From: an uncultured Candidatus Saccharibacteria bacterium
GTDB lineage: Bacteria; Patescibacteriota; Minisyncoccia; Phycocordibacterales; UBA9973
DNA length: 64,000 bases
Reading direction: 5' to 3'
Assembly: GCA_964544225.1 (NCBI GenBank)
Contig: CAZIZK010000003.1
Span: forward strand, 8,419 to 72,418
The notes below the pieces were generated by a model. The model was not told where the DNA came from. It saw only the letters and a list, made by a program, of their open reading frames with translations, and ran no database searches. The translations under genes were made by a program, and so were the position numbers. Shown here piece after piece: positions 28,642-38,075 of this stretch. Numbering within the stretch: position 1 is the stretch's first letter; every line of letters begins with the position of its first letter.

Positions 28642-29340
28642 TTATTTTTTATTACGCTTCCAATCCTCGATCTTTTTATGATCACCTGATAGTAGTACTT
28701 TTGGTACTTTATATTTCTTACCTTTATACTCAATTATTTCAGGGCGGGTATATATTTCAGGACTTGCCACCCTCTCCTCCTCGCGAGAGTCAAAATTACC
28801 CAAAACGCCCTCTATTTGACGAGAGATAGAGTCTATCAATATCATGGCTGGAATTTCCCCACCTGTAAGTACATAATCCCCTATTGATATCTGATCAACT
28901 TTGCCAAACTCTTTTGAAAGTATCTTATCTACTCGTGCATCGATGCCCTCGTACCTACCACATATCATGATAATGTCTGTATATTTCTTTACTGAATTTT
29001 TCGCATAAATAGTATCGAACTTTTTACCTGATGGCACGAAATTTATTATTTTGATTTTACTTACTTTTTTCTTTTCTATTTTTTTTACCACACTCTCTAC
29101 CGCTTTTATTATCGGCTCGGCCATCATCACCATACCCGGACCCCCTGCATATGGGCGCTCATCTACCTGTGCTGACACATTGCCATCTGGCCAAACTTTT
29201 TTATATTTACCAGTTACAAATTTACGAGGGTTAACAAAACTAACTTTTATCTTTTTTTCTTTCTGCGCCCGCGCCAAAATACTCTCGCCTAGATACGAGT
29301 CGAACATCTCTGGAAATAATGTAACGATGTGAAAATTCAT
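28642..29340 (-). CDS. trmD: tRNA (guanine37-N1)-methyltransferase
   Basis: A SPOUT-fold protein whose motifs FHIVTLFPEMF, IGDYVLTGGE and EGxxG match TrmD. Confidence 0.9.
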   Translation of the reverse strand: MNFHIVTLFPEMFDSYLGESILARAQKEKKIKVSFVNPRKFVTGKYKKVWPDGNVSAQVDERPYAGGPGMVMMAEPIIKAVESVVKKIEKKKVSKIKIINFVPSGKKFDTIYAKNSVKKYTDIIMICGRYEGIDARVDKILSKEFGKVDQISIGDYVLTGGEIPAMILIDSISRQIEGVLGNFDSREEERVASPEIYTRPEIIEYKGKKYKVPKVLLSGDHKKIEDWKRNKK

Positions 29341-29362
29341 AAAAACATACTACCATAAAAAT

Positions 29363-29390
29363 CAAAAAACCGCTCTAGAGCGGTTTTTTG
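29363..29390. terminator. Palindromic hairpin between khpA and trmD, a possible attenuator or bidirectional terminator
   Basis: AAAAAACCGCTC-TAGA-GAGCGGTTTTTT. Confidence 0.45.
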
Positions 29391-29410
29391 ATGATAGAGA
29401 TTTTAAAATT

Positions 29411-29785
29411 TTATATTCCTTTTAAGTCTTCCAATGCTGCGTCTACACTGCGAGATGCGTCGCCTTGTGCGGCTGGCATAGCGGCTGGTGTTGCAGGAGC
29501 TGCGTATTCACGAGGCTCACGTGGAGCGCGTGGTTCTGCACCTTCTGGTTCGTTTATCTTCAAGTTTACACGAGCGTTGTTCTTCATGCCTATAACACGT
29601 AGCAATGTGCGGATAGCCTTTGCTGTGTTACCCTGGCGACCAATTATCTTACCCATATCTGCCGGATTGACTGTCATTGTGATTAATACACCCATCTCAT
29701 CTACAGTACGATCCACCACAACATCGTTTGGGTTATCGACTAGAGCTTTTACGAGGTATTCTAGAAATGCTTTATCATCTGTCAT
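29411..29785 (-). CDS. khpA: KH-domain RNA-binding protein (KhpA/YlqC-like) with a Pro/Ala-rich C-terminal extension
   Basis: The KH core GKIIGRQGNTAKAIRTLL is present and the gene sits in the usual position after rpsP. It has an extra 45 or so C-terminal residues (PEGAEPRAPREPREYAAPATPAAMPAAQ...). Confidence 0.72.
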   Translation of the reverse strand: MTDDKAFLEYLVKALVDNPNDVVVDRTVDEMGVLITMTVNPADMGKIIGRQGNTAKAIRTLLRVIGMKNNARVNLKINEPEGAEPRAPREPREYAAPATPAAMPAAQGDASRSVDAALEDLKGI

Positions 29786-29914
29786 ATTATCTTCTTTTTA
29801 ATGATCTTATTCTTAATATCTTGCAGTATATTTCGACTATGACTGCTGTACAATATTGTATCATAGTGCCAACAAAAAACACAAACGAGAGTTTGTGTTT
29901 TTTGTTTATAATTT

Positions 29915-30220
29915 CTAAGCAGCTTTTAGTTCTTTACGCTTTTTTGTTGGAGACTTGCGTGAAAGTGCGTTCTTCTTCTTTGCTTCAATTATTTTCTTTG
30001 TAACAAGGAAGTTGTGAACTGTGTCTGATACTTGTGCACCATTCTTTACCCAGTGCAATATACGATCAGCTTTGAATTCTACAACACCTGCCTTTACATT
30101 GTATGAGCCCAATATTTCCAAGAATTTACCACTCTTTGTAGCATTCTTTGAGTCAGTCAAAACAACACGGAAAGCCGGGTCATTCTTACGTCCTGTTCTT
30201 TGTAATCTGATTTTTAACAT
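29915..30220 (-). CDS. rpsP: 30S ribosomal protein S16
   Basis: The start was set at the internal Met (MLKIRLQRTGRKNDPAFRVVL...), which matches the canonical S16 N-terminus. The ORF-track start 36 nt upstream is rejected. Confidence 0.88.
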   Translation of the reverse strand: MLKIRLQRTGRKNDPAFRVVLTDSKNATKSGKFLEILGSYNVKAGVVEFKADRILHWVKNGAQVSDTVHNFLVTKKIIEAKKKNALSRKSPTKKRKELKAA

Positions 30221-30223
30221 ACG

Positions 30224-32359
30224 GTGTATATTAGCACGAACTATATAAAGAATCAAGAGCCCTGTAGGGATAGGGCGTATGCCTTTATATGCTATAATCT
30301 AAATGTGAAAAATGAACTAAAAACTACCCACAAACACAAGGCAAGTAAAAAGGCTAAATATGGCAGTGATAAGCGTTACGACAAGAGCCATAATGTCAAA
30401 ATACATAGGCCCCATAATAACAAAAACACACCTAGAACAAGTACAGAACTAACGAGCCCTTTTGTAACTGGTCCTATTGCTATATCCCACAAAGGTACTG
30501 GTAAAGTGCGCATATTAGGCACCGACGACTTTGTAGAGATCGATCACAACTTCCTAGCTACAGCCTGCCATGGTGACACTGTAAAAGTAGCATTGTACCC
30601 AAAGGCCCGTGATAAAGAGCAGAAGGGTCATGTAGTGGAGATACTTCGCCGTTCCAAGCTAGGCTTTGCTGGTGTGTTAAAGAAGGAGCATGACATATAC
30701 TTCCTAATACCGGCAGACATACGTATGTATGCTGATATTATTATCCCCACTGAGAAATTAAATGGTGCACAAATAGGCCAGAAAATATTCGTAACTATTA
30801 CCGACTGGACCGACGCAAAGAAAGCGCCAATTGGTGAAGTAACCAAAGTCCTCGGTTCTCCTATGGAGCACAATGCCGAGATGGAAGCCATAGCACTGGA
30901 GAAAGGCTTCGATGCTACATTTCCACCAGAAGTTGTTGAAGAAGCAAACAAGATAAAAGCTCGCGGTATCACCGAGGCCGACATGAAGGACCGCCGTGAT
31001 ATGCGTGGTATTTCTACTTGTACTATTGATCCAGCCGATGCAAAAGACTTTGACGATGCGATATCATTTAAAAAGTTGGATGATGGCCACTTCGAAATAG
31101 GTGTGCACATTGCCGACGTGTCGCACTATGTAGTGCCAGGCACGGCCCTGGATAACGAGGCCAAGATGCGCGGTACATCGGTATACCTTGTGGACCGTAC
31201 TATACCTATGCTTCCAGAAGCACTTTCAAACGACTTGTGTAGTCTGAACCCAAATGTGGACCGACTCACCTTCTCTGCTGTATTTGATATCGACAAGAAC
31301 GGTGTTGTTCACAAGGAATGGTTCGGCAGGACTGTCATACACTCAGACAAGCGTTTCTCTTACGAAGAGGCCCAAGAAGTTTTGAATAAAAAGGAAGGTG
31401 AGATGTATTACGAGCTGGACACTCTGAACAACATAGCAAAGAAATTATTGAAGCAACGCTACAAAGACGGCGCTATATCACTGGAACAAGATGAAGTAAA
31501 ATTCAAGCTCGACGAGCGTGGTGTGCCTGTGTCTGTATATGTAAAGTCTCGCGGTGATACACACAAGATGATCGAGGAGTTGATGCTATTGGCAAATAGG
31601 CGCGTAGCAGAATTTATGTCACAGAAGAAGAAGGGTGGCCCAGGTGTATTCCTATACCGTGTGCATGACAAGCCCAACAAGGAACGCATGCAGGACCTAG
31701 CATTCTTCCTAAAGCGCCTCGGCTACAATGTAAAGATGAAGGATGGAATAATTCCAGCAGAGGAAATAAACATACTAGTAGAGAAGCTCGAGGGTAACCC
31801 CCTACGTGACACTGTACACACAGCTATCATCCGCACAATGGCAAAGGCAATATACACCACGAAGAATATTGGCCACTGGGGTCTGGCATTCAAGTTCTAC
31901 ACACACTTTACTTCACCTATCCGCCGATACCCCGATGTAATAGTGCACAGGTTACTTGCTGAATTCCAAGCTGGTATCGCAGTACCAAAGGAACGCTGGT
32001 TAGAGTACGAGGGTATGAGTATGGAAGCTTCCAGCCGTGAGAAGGAGGCCGCCGAAGCCGAACGCGCAAGTATCAAATATAAACAAGTCGAGTTTATGTC
32101 TACACGTATTGGTGAAGTCTTCGAAGGTATCATCACTGGTGTTACCGAATGGGGCCTATATGTAGAGGAGAAGAATACGAAATGTGAAGGTATGGTCCGC
32201 ATGCGTGAGCTAGGCGATGACTATTACACTTTCGAGAAGAAGCATATGAGTATCTATGGCAAAAAAACAAAGAAGAAGTATACACTAGGTGACAAAGTAA
32301 AGTTCAAGGTAAAGGGTGCCGACATGAACAAGAAGACTATCGACTATCTATTCGTATAA
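30224..32359 (+). CDS. rnr: Ribonuclease R (RNase II/R family 3'-5' exoribonuclease, VacB)
   Basis: It has cold-shock-like N-terminal domains, an RNB catalytic domain (CTIDPADAKDFDDAISF) and a C-terminal S1 domain with a basic tail. The true start is probably downstream of 30224. An extended -10 element (TGCTATAAT) at 30290..30298 is consistent with transcription starting near 30305. Confidence 0.85.
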   Translation: MYISTNYIKNQEPCRDRAYAFICYNLNVKNELKTTHKHKASKKAKYGSDKRYDKSHNVKIHRPHNNKNTPRTSTELTSPFVTGPIAISHKGTGKVRILGTDDFVEIDHNFLATACHGDTVKVALYPKARDKEQKGHVVEILRRSKLGFAGVLKKEHDIYFLIPADIRMYADIIIPTEKLNGAQIGQKIFVTITDWTDAKKAPIGEVTKVLGSPMEHNAEMEAIALEKGFDATFPPEVVEEANKIKARGITEADMKDRRDMRGISTCTIDPADAKDFDDAISFKKLDDGHFEIGVHIADVSHYVVPGTALDNEAKMRGTSVYLVDRTIPMLPEALSNDLCSLNPNVDRLTFSAVFDIDKNGVVHKEWFGRTVIHSDKRFSYEEAQEVLNKKEGEMYYELDTLNNIAKKLLKQRYKDGAISLEQDEVKFKLDERGVPVSVYVKSRGDTHKMIEELMLLANRRVAEFMSQKKKGGPGVFLYRVHDKPNKERMQDLAFFLKRLGYNVKMKDGIIPAEEINILVEKLEGNPLRDTVHTAIIRTMAKAIYTTKNIGHWGLAFKFYTHFTSPIRRYPDVIVHRLLAEFQAGIAVPKERWLEYEGMSMEASSREKEAAEAERASIKYKQVEFMSTRIGEVFEGIITGVTEWGLYVEEKNTKCEGMVRMRELGDDYYTFEKKHMSIYGKKTKKKYTLGDKVKFKVKGADMNKKTIDYLFV

Positions 32360-32368
32360 ATATTTAAA

Positions 32369-33178
32369 ATGAACAAAAGTTTTAATAAAAATAAAAAAAA
32401 GATTGTTATAACAATACTTATATTGTTTGTATTATTTTTATGTACTTTTATACCAATACAAACATTATCAAAAAATAATAAATCTAATACCATCAATACT
32501 TCAGACACTTCAAATGTAGCCAGTATTTCAAAACAGGAAGTGTCAGAACAGAACAATAAAGATACTTATAAAGTCAATAATAAATATGACTTAGTTCCGA
32601 CAGACAAAATGATGAATTCTAAAGTTGTATTACTTACATTTGACGATGGCCCGACAAAACGAAGCCAAGATATAATAAAGATATTGTCAGAAGATAATAT
32701 AAAAACAATTTTCTTTATCAACGGTATTCATGATAAGGAAAATAAGGGTGTTATACAAAGCATGTTTGAAGCCGGCCACAGTATCGGCAACCATACTTGG
32801 GACCACCAGAACCTGTCCAAGATTAAATACGAGAAAGCTGTAAAAGAAATAGATGACAATTCAAAATTGATAAAGACTATTACAGGTGCGAACCCAACAT
32901 TCTTCCGATCACCGTTTGGCATGAGCACCAAAGAGACTCGCGAATATGTAAAAAGTTCTGGCATGCTAGCTATGAACTGGTCAGCATCAGTAAAAGATTG
33001 GGAAAGTAACACAAAGAATAAAGATGTATTTATAAAGAATGTCATGCAGGACCTGCACCCAGGCGCTATCATACTTCTACACGAACATCCACATACAGTA
33101 GCCTTCCTCCCCGACCTTATCGAGGCTATAAAATCCGCCGGCTACACATTCATCACCCCATCACAAATCGTACAATAA
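32369..33178 (+). CDS. Polysaccharide deacetylase (CE4/NodB-homology domain), membrane-anchored
   Basis: It contains the TFDDGP motif and H-x-x-x-H (GNHTWDH), with an N-terminal transmembrane helix and a low-complexity linker. Confidence 0.85.
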   Translation: MNKSFNKNKKKIVITILILFVLFLCTFIPIQTLSKNNKSNTINTSDTSNVASISKQEVSEQNNKDTYKVNNKYDLVPTDKMMNSKVVLLTFDDGPTKRSQDIIKILSEDNIKTIFFINGIHDKENKGVIQSMFEAGHSIGNHTWDHQNLSKIKYEKAVKEIDDNSKLIKTITGANPTFFRSPFGMSTKETREYVKSSGMLAMNWSASVKDWESNTKNKDVFIKNVMQDLHPGAIILLHEHPHTVAFLPDLIEAIKSAGYTFITPSQIVQ

Positions 33179-33229
33179 AAAACAGCCGAAAGATTTCTCT
33201 TCCGACTGCTTGTAAAATTGTTTGCGAAG

Positions 33230-33727
33230 TTATTTTTGACCTCCAACAACACCGGTCTCAGGAAAGTATCCATGATTGAATGTAAAGTCTTGGTCAGACT
33301 CAAACTCATCTTGTTTAATTTCTTGTTGCCATTCAATTCCTTTCAAATTTCCAATATGGAAATTCAACTGGTAAGGCTGAACCATTGACATGATATATCT
33401 CTTGAAAAGAGTATTTTCATCATAATCACCATCAACAATCTTATCAAACTCTTCTTTGTTCCAAAAACGAATTGTTGCCAATTCATTCCCGTCAAAAGTA
33501 AGATTGATGCCTTTTGTATCGTTGATTGTGATTTCTTTGTCTTCTGGTGCAACCTTTTTAGGCCCAAATAATCCTTTCAAACCAGCTTGTTTGATTTTTC
33601 TTTCTTTCGAAAGATAACAAACAGTAACAGAGGAAATTGTTTTGGTTGAAATAATTTCCTTTAGTTCCAGTGATTCACCATTATGTGTAAATACTGGATT
33701 TGCGTTAAAAATGTTTTCGTTGTTCAT
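33230..33727 (-). CDS. Hypothetical protein of 165 aa
   Basis: It has a clean ORF boundary after the smc terminator. I recognise no motif. Confidence 0.45.
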   Translation of the reverse strand: MNNENIFNANPVFTHNGESLELKEIISTKTISSVTVCYLSKERKIKQAGLKGLFGPKKVAPEDKEITINDTKGINLTFDGNELATIRFWNKEEFDKIVDGDYDENTLFKRYIMSMVQPYQLNFHIGNLKGIEWQQEIKQDEFESDQDFTFNHGYFPETGVVGGQK

Positions 33728-33781
33728 TTTGTGTTATTTAATTTTTGTATATTATATCACTTTTTGGTGTATTTGTCAAAT

Positions 33782-33810
33782 AAAATACCCTTACTATGTA
33801 AGGGTATTTT
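33782..33810 (-). terminator. Intrinsic terminator downstream of smc
   Basis: AAAATACCCTTA-CTATG-TAAGGGTATTTT. On the minus-strand RNA the hairpin is followed by UUUAUUU. A second GC hairpin (CCCCTCTC..GAGAGGGG) lies at 33828..33853. Confidence 0.5.
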
Positions 33811-33877
33811 GAGGCAATGAGGGTATTCCCCTCTCATTATCAAGGAGAGGGGTCGAGACGGTAGTCCGAGGGAGAGG

Positions 33878-36148
33878 TTATTTAGCGTAGCTTTTGGCGT
33901 CGTCAAGCTTGATAGATAGGAGCTTCGATACCCCATCGGCACCTACTGTCACACCGTATAGTACTTGGGCTCGAGACATTGTCTCACGATTGTGTGTTAC
34001 CACTATTAGCTGTGAGTATTTCGATAGGTTCTCGAGCATGTTACCGTACTTGCGAGAGTTTGCTTCATCTAGGGCCGCATCGGTCTCGTCTAGCACTAGG
34101 AATGGTGGTGGATTCACCTGTGACATAGCAAAGAGTAGTGCAATAGATGTCAGTGATCTTTCCCCACCAGAAAGCATATGCAAGTCGCGCACCTTCTTGT
34201 GAGGAAGCGACACATTGATATCTACTCCCCTTTCAAATTGCAATTCACCCTCGCCTTCCTCACCTTCCATATCCTCCTCATCATATTCATCTTTACTCTT
34301 GCGCGGGCGCTTGTGCTCCAATACAACTGACAGGAATGCAGTTCCACCACCGAACATAAGTGCGAAGAATTCTTGGAATTGTTTATTGATCTTCTCTACA
34401 CCTTGTTTGAATTCGTTATCCAAAGTCTCCTTCAATTCACTAATAAGTGATCGTAGTGACACCATACTAGTATTCAAGTCCTCCAACTCACGAGCCAGGA
34501 ACGTGTCACGCTCAACTGTGTCATTGTATTCCTTTGTTACTTCGCTACTGTTACCCAGGCCTGCATCCTCGAGCTTTATCTTTATCCTCTCTATCTTTCT
34601 TCTTGTTTCCTCTTGCATTGTACGGTCTGGCATATCAGTCACTACATTGGTCTCGTTGCGCATACCTTCCTGCGCATATACTAGAGCTTCACGACCCACA
34701 ATTGTGCCAGCCTCTTGGACCTCGGTCTCGAACATGTTCTTTATTACTTGCAACTTCTCCTCTTCAAAGCGAAGTGAGTGGAGTGACGAATTGAGTTCGT
34801 TCTTTTGTTGCAACAATTCGTAGCGAACCTTCTCGCTATCACGGATAGTGTTCGTGCGCGAACGATCCTCGTCTTCCAATACTTTTATTTTGTCTTGTAT
34901 TGTCTTCTCATCTGTTTTTATATTTTCTACCTCTTTGAGTATATTATCGCGTTCAGCTGACAAAGTTTTTATCTTTGCTTCTACCTCGTGTTTCTTTGTA
35001 TTGTCGGTACCTTTTATATTATTTGAAATTGTTTTCAGGCTATCACGAAGTGACTTTAGTATTGTTACAGTACTATCCATATCATTACTTGCGATAGCCT
35101 TGTCGATCTCCACCTCGCACATATTGATCATGCTCTTCCACTCGCCTTCAGTGATCATCTTCTCGGGCTCGGTGTCGCCATCGAGTTCCTCTTTTGCATT
35201 ATCGAGCATCGCCTCAAGACGGCCCAATGTGCGTGACAAGTCCGACGATGCAGAGCGCAGTTTGTATGCTTCGCTATTTAGTTCGTTAATCTCCTTTTGG
35301 TTAGTTTCCTGTTCGGCCTCTGCCTGCGGTAGAAGTGCGATACGTTCTTCGATAGCCAAGATCTTCTCATCTAGTATCCGGCGCTCATGTTGCAGGCGCT
35401 TTGACTCGACTGACACATACATACCCTCGGCAAATAGGTACTTTTTATAAAGCTCTGCCAATTCGTCACGCAATGATTGCGCCTTTTCGATCTTCTCCAC
35501 CTGCTTCTTTAGGAATGCCATATGTGGGGCAATTTCACGGCGTAGTGATGACACCTCTTTCATATTTAATTCGGTCTTCTCCAGCTTCTTCTCGCTTTCT
35601 TTTATACGGTATTGATACACTTTCAAACCCAATGCATCTTCAATCATACTTCGGCGATCTTTTGATGAAGCATTCAATACACGGTCTGCCTCGCCTTGGG
35701 ATATGATATGGTGGCCCGATGTACCGATATTTACCGATGCAAGTAGATCCACAACATCCTTTAGGCGTACTTCGGATCCATTGATAATATATTTATTTGA
35801 TCCATCGGCATATACCTCACGAGTTATCTTGATCTCGTCAAAGTCCAGTTGCACACCAAGCCCACTATTAGTAAAAGCAAAAACCTTTTTGCTATTGTCG
35901 AATGTAATAGTCACAGATGCACGTGAGCCTTGTGATGTAGTCTTTGAGCCTTTGAATATTAGGTCGATACCGCCCTTACCACGCAGACTCTTCATGCTCT
36001 GCTCACCTAGTACGAATCGGATAGACTCTACAATATTACTCTTGCCAGAACCATTTGGCCCCACTACAGCTGTTACAGGCGTAGTAAAATCTACGATACT
36101 CTTCTTACCGAAAGATTTAAAACCATTTAGTTCTAGACTTTTTAACAT
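33878..36148 (-). CDS. smc: SMC-family chromosome-partition ATPase, compact form with no recognisable hinge
   Basis: The N-terminal head is NGFKSFGKK...VVGPNGSGKSNIVESIRFVLGEQS. The C-terminal head is LSGGERSLTSIALLFAM...FLVLDETDAALD. A long coiled coil links them. The rnc-smc gene order is conserved in many bacteria. The protein is 756 aa. Confidence 0.8.
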   Translation of the reverse strand: MLKSLELNGFKSFGKKSIVDFTTPVTAVVGPNGSGKSNIVESIRFVLGEQSMKSLRGKGGIDLIFKGSKTTSQGSRASVTITFDNSKKVFAFTNSGLGVQLDFDEIKITREVYADGSNKYIINGSEVRLKDVVDLLASVNIGTSGHHIISQGEADRVLNASSKDRRSMIEDALGLKVYQYRIKESEKKLEKTELNMKEVSSLRREIAPHMAFLKKQVEKIEKAQSLRDELAELYKKYLFAEGMYVSVESKRLQHERRILDEKILAIEERIALLPQAEAEQETNQKEINELNSEAYKLRSASSDLSRTLGRLEAMLDNAKEELDGDTEPEKMITEGEWKSMINMCEVEIDKAIASNDMDSTVTILKSLRDSLKTISNNIKGTDNTKKHEVEAKIKTLSAERDNILKEVENIKTDEKTIQDKIKVLEDEDRSRTNTIRDSEKVRYELLQQKNELNSSLHSLRFEEEKLQVIKNMFETEVQEAGTIVGREALVYAQEGMRNETNVVTDMPDRTMQEETRRKIERIKIKLEDAGLGNSSEVTKEYNDTVERDTFLARELEDLNTSMVSLRSLISELKETLDNEFKQGVEKINKQFQEFFALMFGGGTAFLSVVLEHKRPRKSKDEYDEEDMEGEEGEGELQFERGVDINVSLPHKKVRDLHMLSGGERSLTSIALLFAMSQVNPPPFLVLDETDAALDEANSRKYGNMLENLSKYSQLIVVTHNRETMSRAQVLYGVTVGADGVSKLLSIKLDDAKSYAK

Positions 36149-36153
36149 ATTTA

Positions 36154-36849
36154 TTAATCAAGCCAATTTTTATTTTCTAATGCGGCACGTGCAGCTGCCT
36201 GCTCGGCCTCTTGCTTACTCTTGCCTTTGCCTTCAGCTACGCGAGTGTTACCAAAGAATATTCCAATAGTAAAATGCTTGTCGTGGTCAGGACCCGACTC
36301 GTTCAGTACTTTGTATGAAGGTGTTACATTTTCATGCTCTTGGCATTTCTCTTGCACTAGACTTTTTGCATCACGCCATAGCTTCTTCTCCACTATTTCA
36401 TCGAGGCGCCCTAACAATGTTTCAATTATAAATTTATCTGCCACTTCATAACCTTGGTCCATATACACAGCACCTACATAAGCCTCGTAAGTATTGGCTA
36501 GTATGTATGTGCGGGCTTTGCCGACATCTTTGGCTTCGCCACGTGACAGGTGCAGGTATTCATTCATATTTAACCCTGCAGCCACTTCACCAATGATCAC
36601 TGCATTTACGAGTGATGAGCGATAAGCTGTCAGCTCGCCTTCATCACGATCGGGATATTTCTTGTAAATATAATCTGTAACTGACAATTCCAAAACGGCG
36701 TCACCTAGGAACTCTAGGCGCTCGTTGTGCGAAACTTTATTGTGAACATTTTCATTTATATATGATCGATGTGTAAAAGCCTGCTCTAAAAGTAGCTTGT
36801 TTTTAAATACGATCCCTGTGCTTTCTTCGAATCCTGTAAAATTAATCAT
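36154..36849 (-). CDS. rnc: Ribonuclease III
   Basis: It contains the catalytic signature ERLEFLGDAVLEL and a C-terminal dsRBD. Confidence 0.9.
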   Translation of the reverse strand: MINFTGFEESTGIVFKNKLLLEQAFTHRSYINENVHNKVSHNERLEFLGDAVLELSVTDYIYKKYPDRDEGELTAYRSSLVNAVIIGEVAAGLNMNEYLHLSRGEAKDVGKARTYILANTYEAYVGAVYMDQGYEVADKFIIETLLGRLDEIVEKKLWRDAKSLVQEKCQEHENVTPSYKVLNESGPDHDKHFTIGIFFGNTRVAEGKGKSKQEAEQAAARAALENKNWLD

Positions 36850-37759
36850 TTTTCTTTGTTAGTATTTCTATTGCTTTTGTAAGTAGTGGTATCATGTTGT
36901 CATACATTTTCAGTGTTGGCACCTCTGACAGTTCGAACCATTTTGCATCGTCTAGTCCCCCTGTACCTTTCTCTAGTACTATTTCTGTATATTCAGACTC
37001 ACCTAGGAAGAACACTACCTGCTTGCGGATCTTGCCGTCTATTGGATGAGTAGCTATGTATTCATTGCGTCCGAGCATCTCGATGATCTTTATATCCAGA
37101 CTCATCTCTTCCTTTATCTCGCGCATTGCGCCTTGCTCCTCGTTCTCGCCGTCTTCGATACTACCTTTTGATAGTGTCCAGTAGCCGAACACGTCGTGCA
37201 CGAATGCGAAATATATCTTGCCATCGTGGCGTGAGTACACTACAGCCCCGGCCTTCTTCTCGATCGGGAACTTGGCAGGGTCAGTCTCTACATGCTTCTT
37301 TTGGAACTTCTTTGGGTTTATGTCGTCTTTACCTGGTTCACCTATTTCTTTGTACACAGCACCTAGAACTCCGTTTACGAAACGGCTAGAATTTTCCCCA
37401 CCAAAGCTCTTTGCAAGTTCGATTGATTCATTGATAGCCACTTTTGGAGGGACCTGTGTCCTGTCGCCAAAGATAAGCTCATATAGGCCGAGGCGTAGTA
37501 TGTTGCGATCAACCATAGATATCTTCTCCAAAGGCCAGTCAGGTGCAGCCTTCTCTATTATTTCATTTAGGATGGAAACTTTCTTCAATACACCATTGAA
37601 TAGTTCTTCGATGAATTTGTTGTCGTTGAGCCCTGGACCAAATTCCTCGATATTGCGAGATAGCATTTCACTCGGATTCTCCTTGTCTTTTGAGACAGCA
37701 AAATCCCACTCAAAGAGTGTCTGCAGAACTATTGAACGTGAAAGGTGCCTGTTTGCCAT
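36842..37759 (-). CDS. nusB: NusB antitermination factor fused to a C-terminal NUDIX hydrolase domain
   Basis: The N-terminal ~150 aa are NusB-like (LQTLFEWDF, VAINESIELAKSFGGENSSRFVNGVLG). The C-terminal ~150 aa carry a NUDIX box (GSIEDGENEEQGAMREIKEEMSL). Confidence 0.78.
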   Translation of the reverse strand: MANRHLSRSIVLQTLFEWDFAVSKDKENPSEMLSRNIEEFGPGLNDNKFIEELFNGVLKKVSILNEIIEKAAPDWPLEKISMVDRNILRLGLYELIFGDRTQVPPKVAINESIELAKSFGGENSSRFVNGVLGAVYKEIGEPGKDDINPKKFQKKHVETDPAKFPIEKKAGAVVYSRHDGKIYFAFVHDVFGYWTLSKGSIEDGENEEQGAMREIKEEMSLDIKIIEMLGRNEYIATHPIDGKIRKQVVFFLGESEYTEIVLEKGTGGLDDAKWFELSEVPTLKMYDNMIPLLTKAIEILTKKND

Positions 37760-37829
37760 ATTTTGTACTATAAATAGTAACTCGTTATTAGTGGCAATAA
37801 TATTACCACCAAAGACTAACTACCAAAAA

Positions 37830-38039
37830 CTACTTTGACTTTTTTGCCTGCTTTTTCTCTACCTTCTTCACCACATCTAATACCTTTCGGCCGCGGTAGA
37901 ATCCACAAGCTTCACACACAGTGTGTGTTAGGCGAGGCTTTCCACAATTAGAACAAGCTGAAAAGTTCTTCCCTTTCAGTGCGTGATGTGAACGGCGGTT
38001 CCCTGTGTGGGAACGTGTATGTCTCATTCGTATTACCAT
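37830..38039 (-). CDS. rpmF: 50S ribosomal protein L32
   Basis: MRHTRSHTGNRRSHHALK...C..C...C..CGFYRGRKV matches L32. The true start may be the internal Met at 38027. Confidence 0.85.
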   Translation of the reverse strand: MVIRMRHTRSHTGNRRSHHALKGKNFSACSNCGKPRLTHTVCEACGFYRGRKVLDVVKKVEKKQAKKSK

Positions 38040-38047
38040 ATAAAGGC

Positions 38048-38075
38048 ATTATACTCGTTTTCCCTAAAAATGCAA
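38048..38075 (-). promoter_or_regulatory. Sigma-70-like promoter for rpmF
   Basis: On the minus strand a -35 element TTGCAT is followed by a 16-nt spacer and a -10 element TATAAT. It ends about 9 nt before the first ATG of the ORF, which implies a very short leader or a leaderless start. Confidence 0.45.

Noticed and set aside
30221-30256. A 12-codon N-terminal extension of rpsP (MILYIVRANIHR)
   Set aside because: The canonical S16 N-terminus MLKIRL starts at the internal Met, and the extension would overlap the divergent rnr region.
33757-33942. A 61-aa minus-strand ORF
   Set aside because: It spans the smc terminator hairpins and the smc 3' end, so it is spurious.
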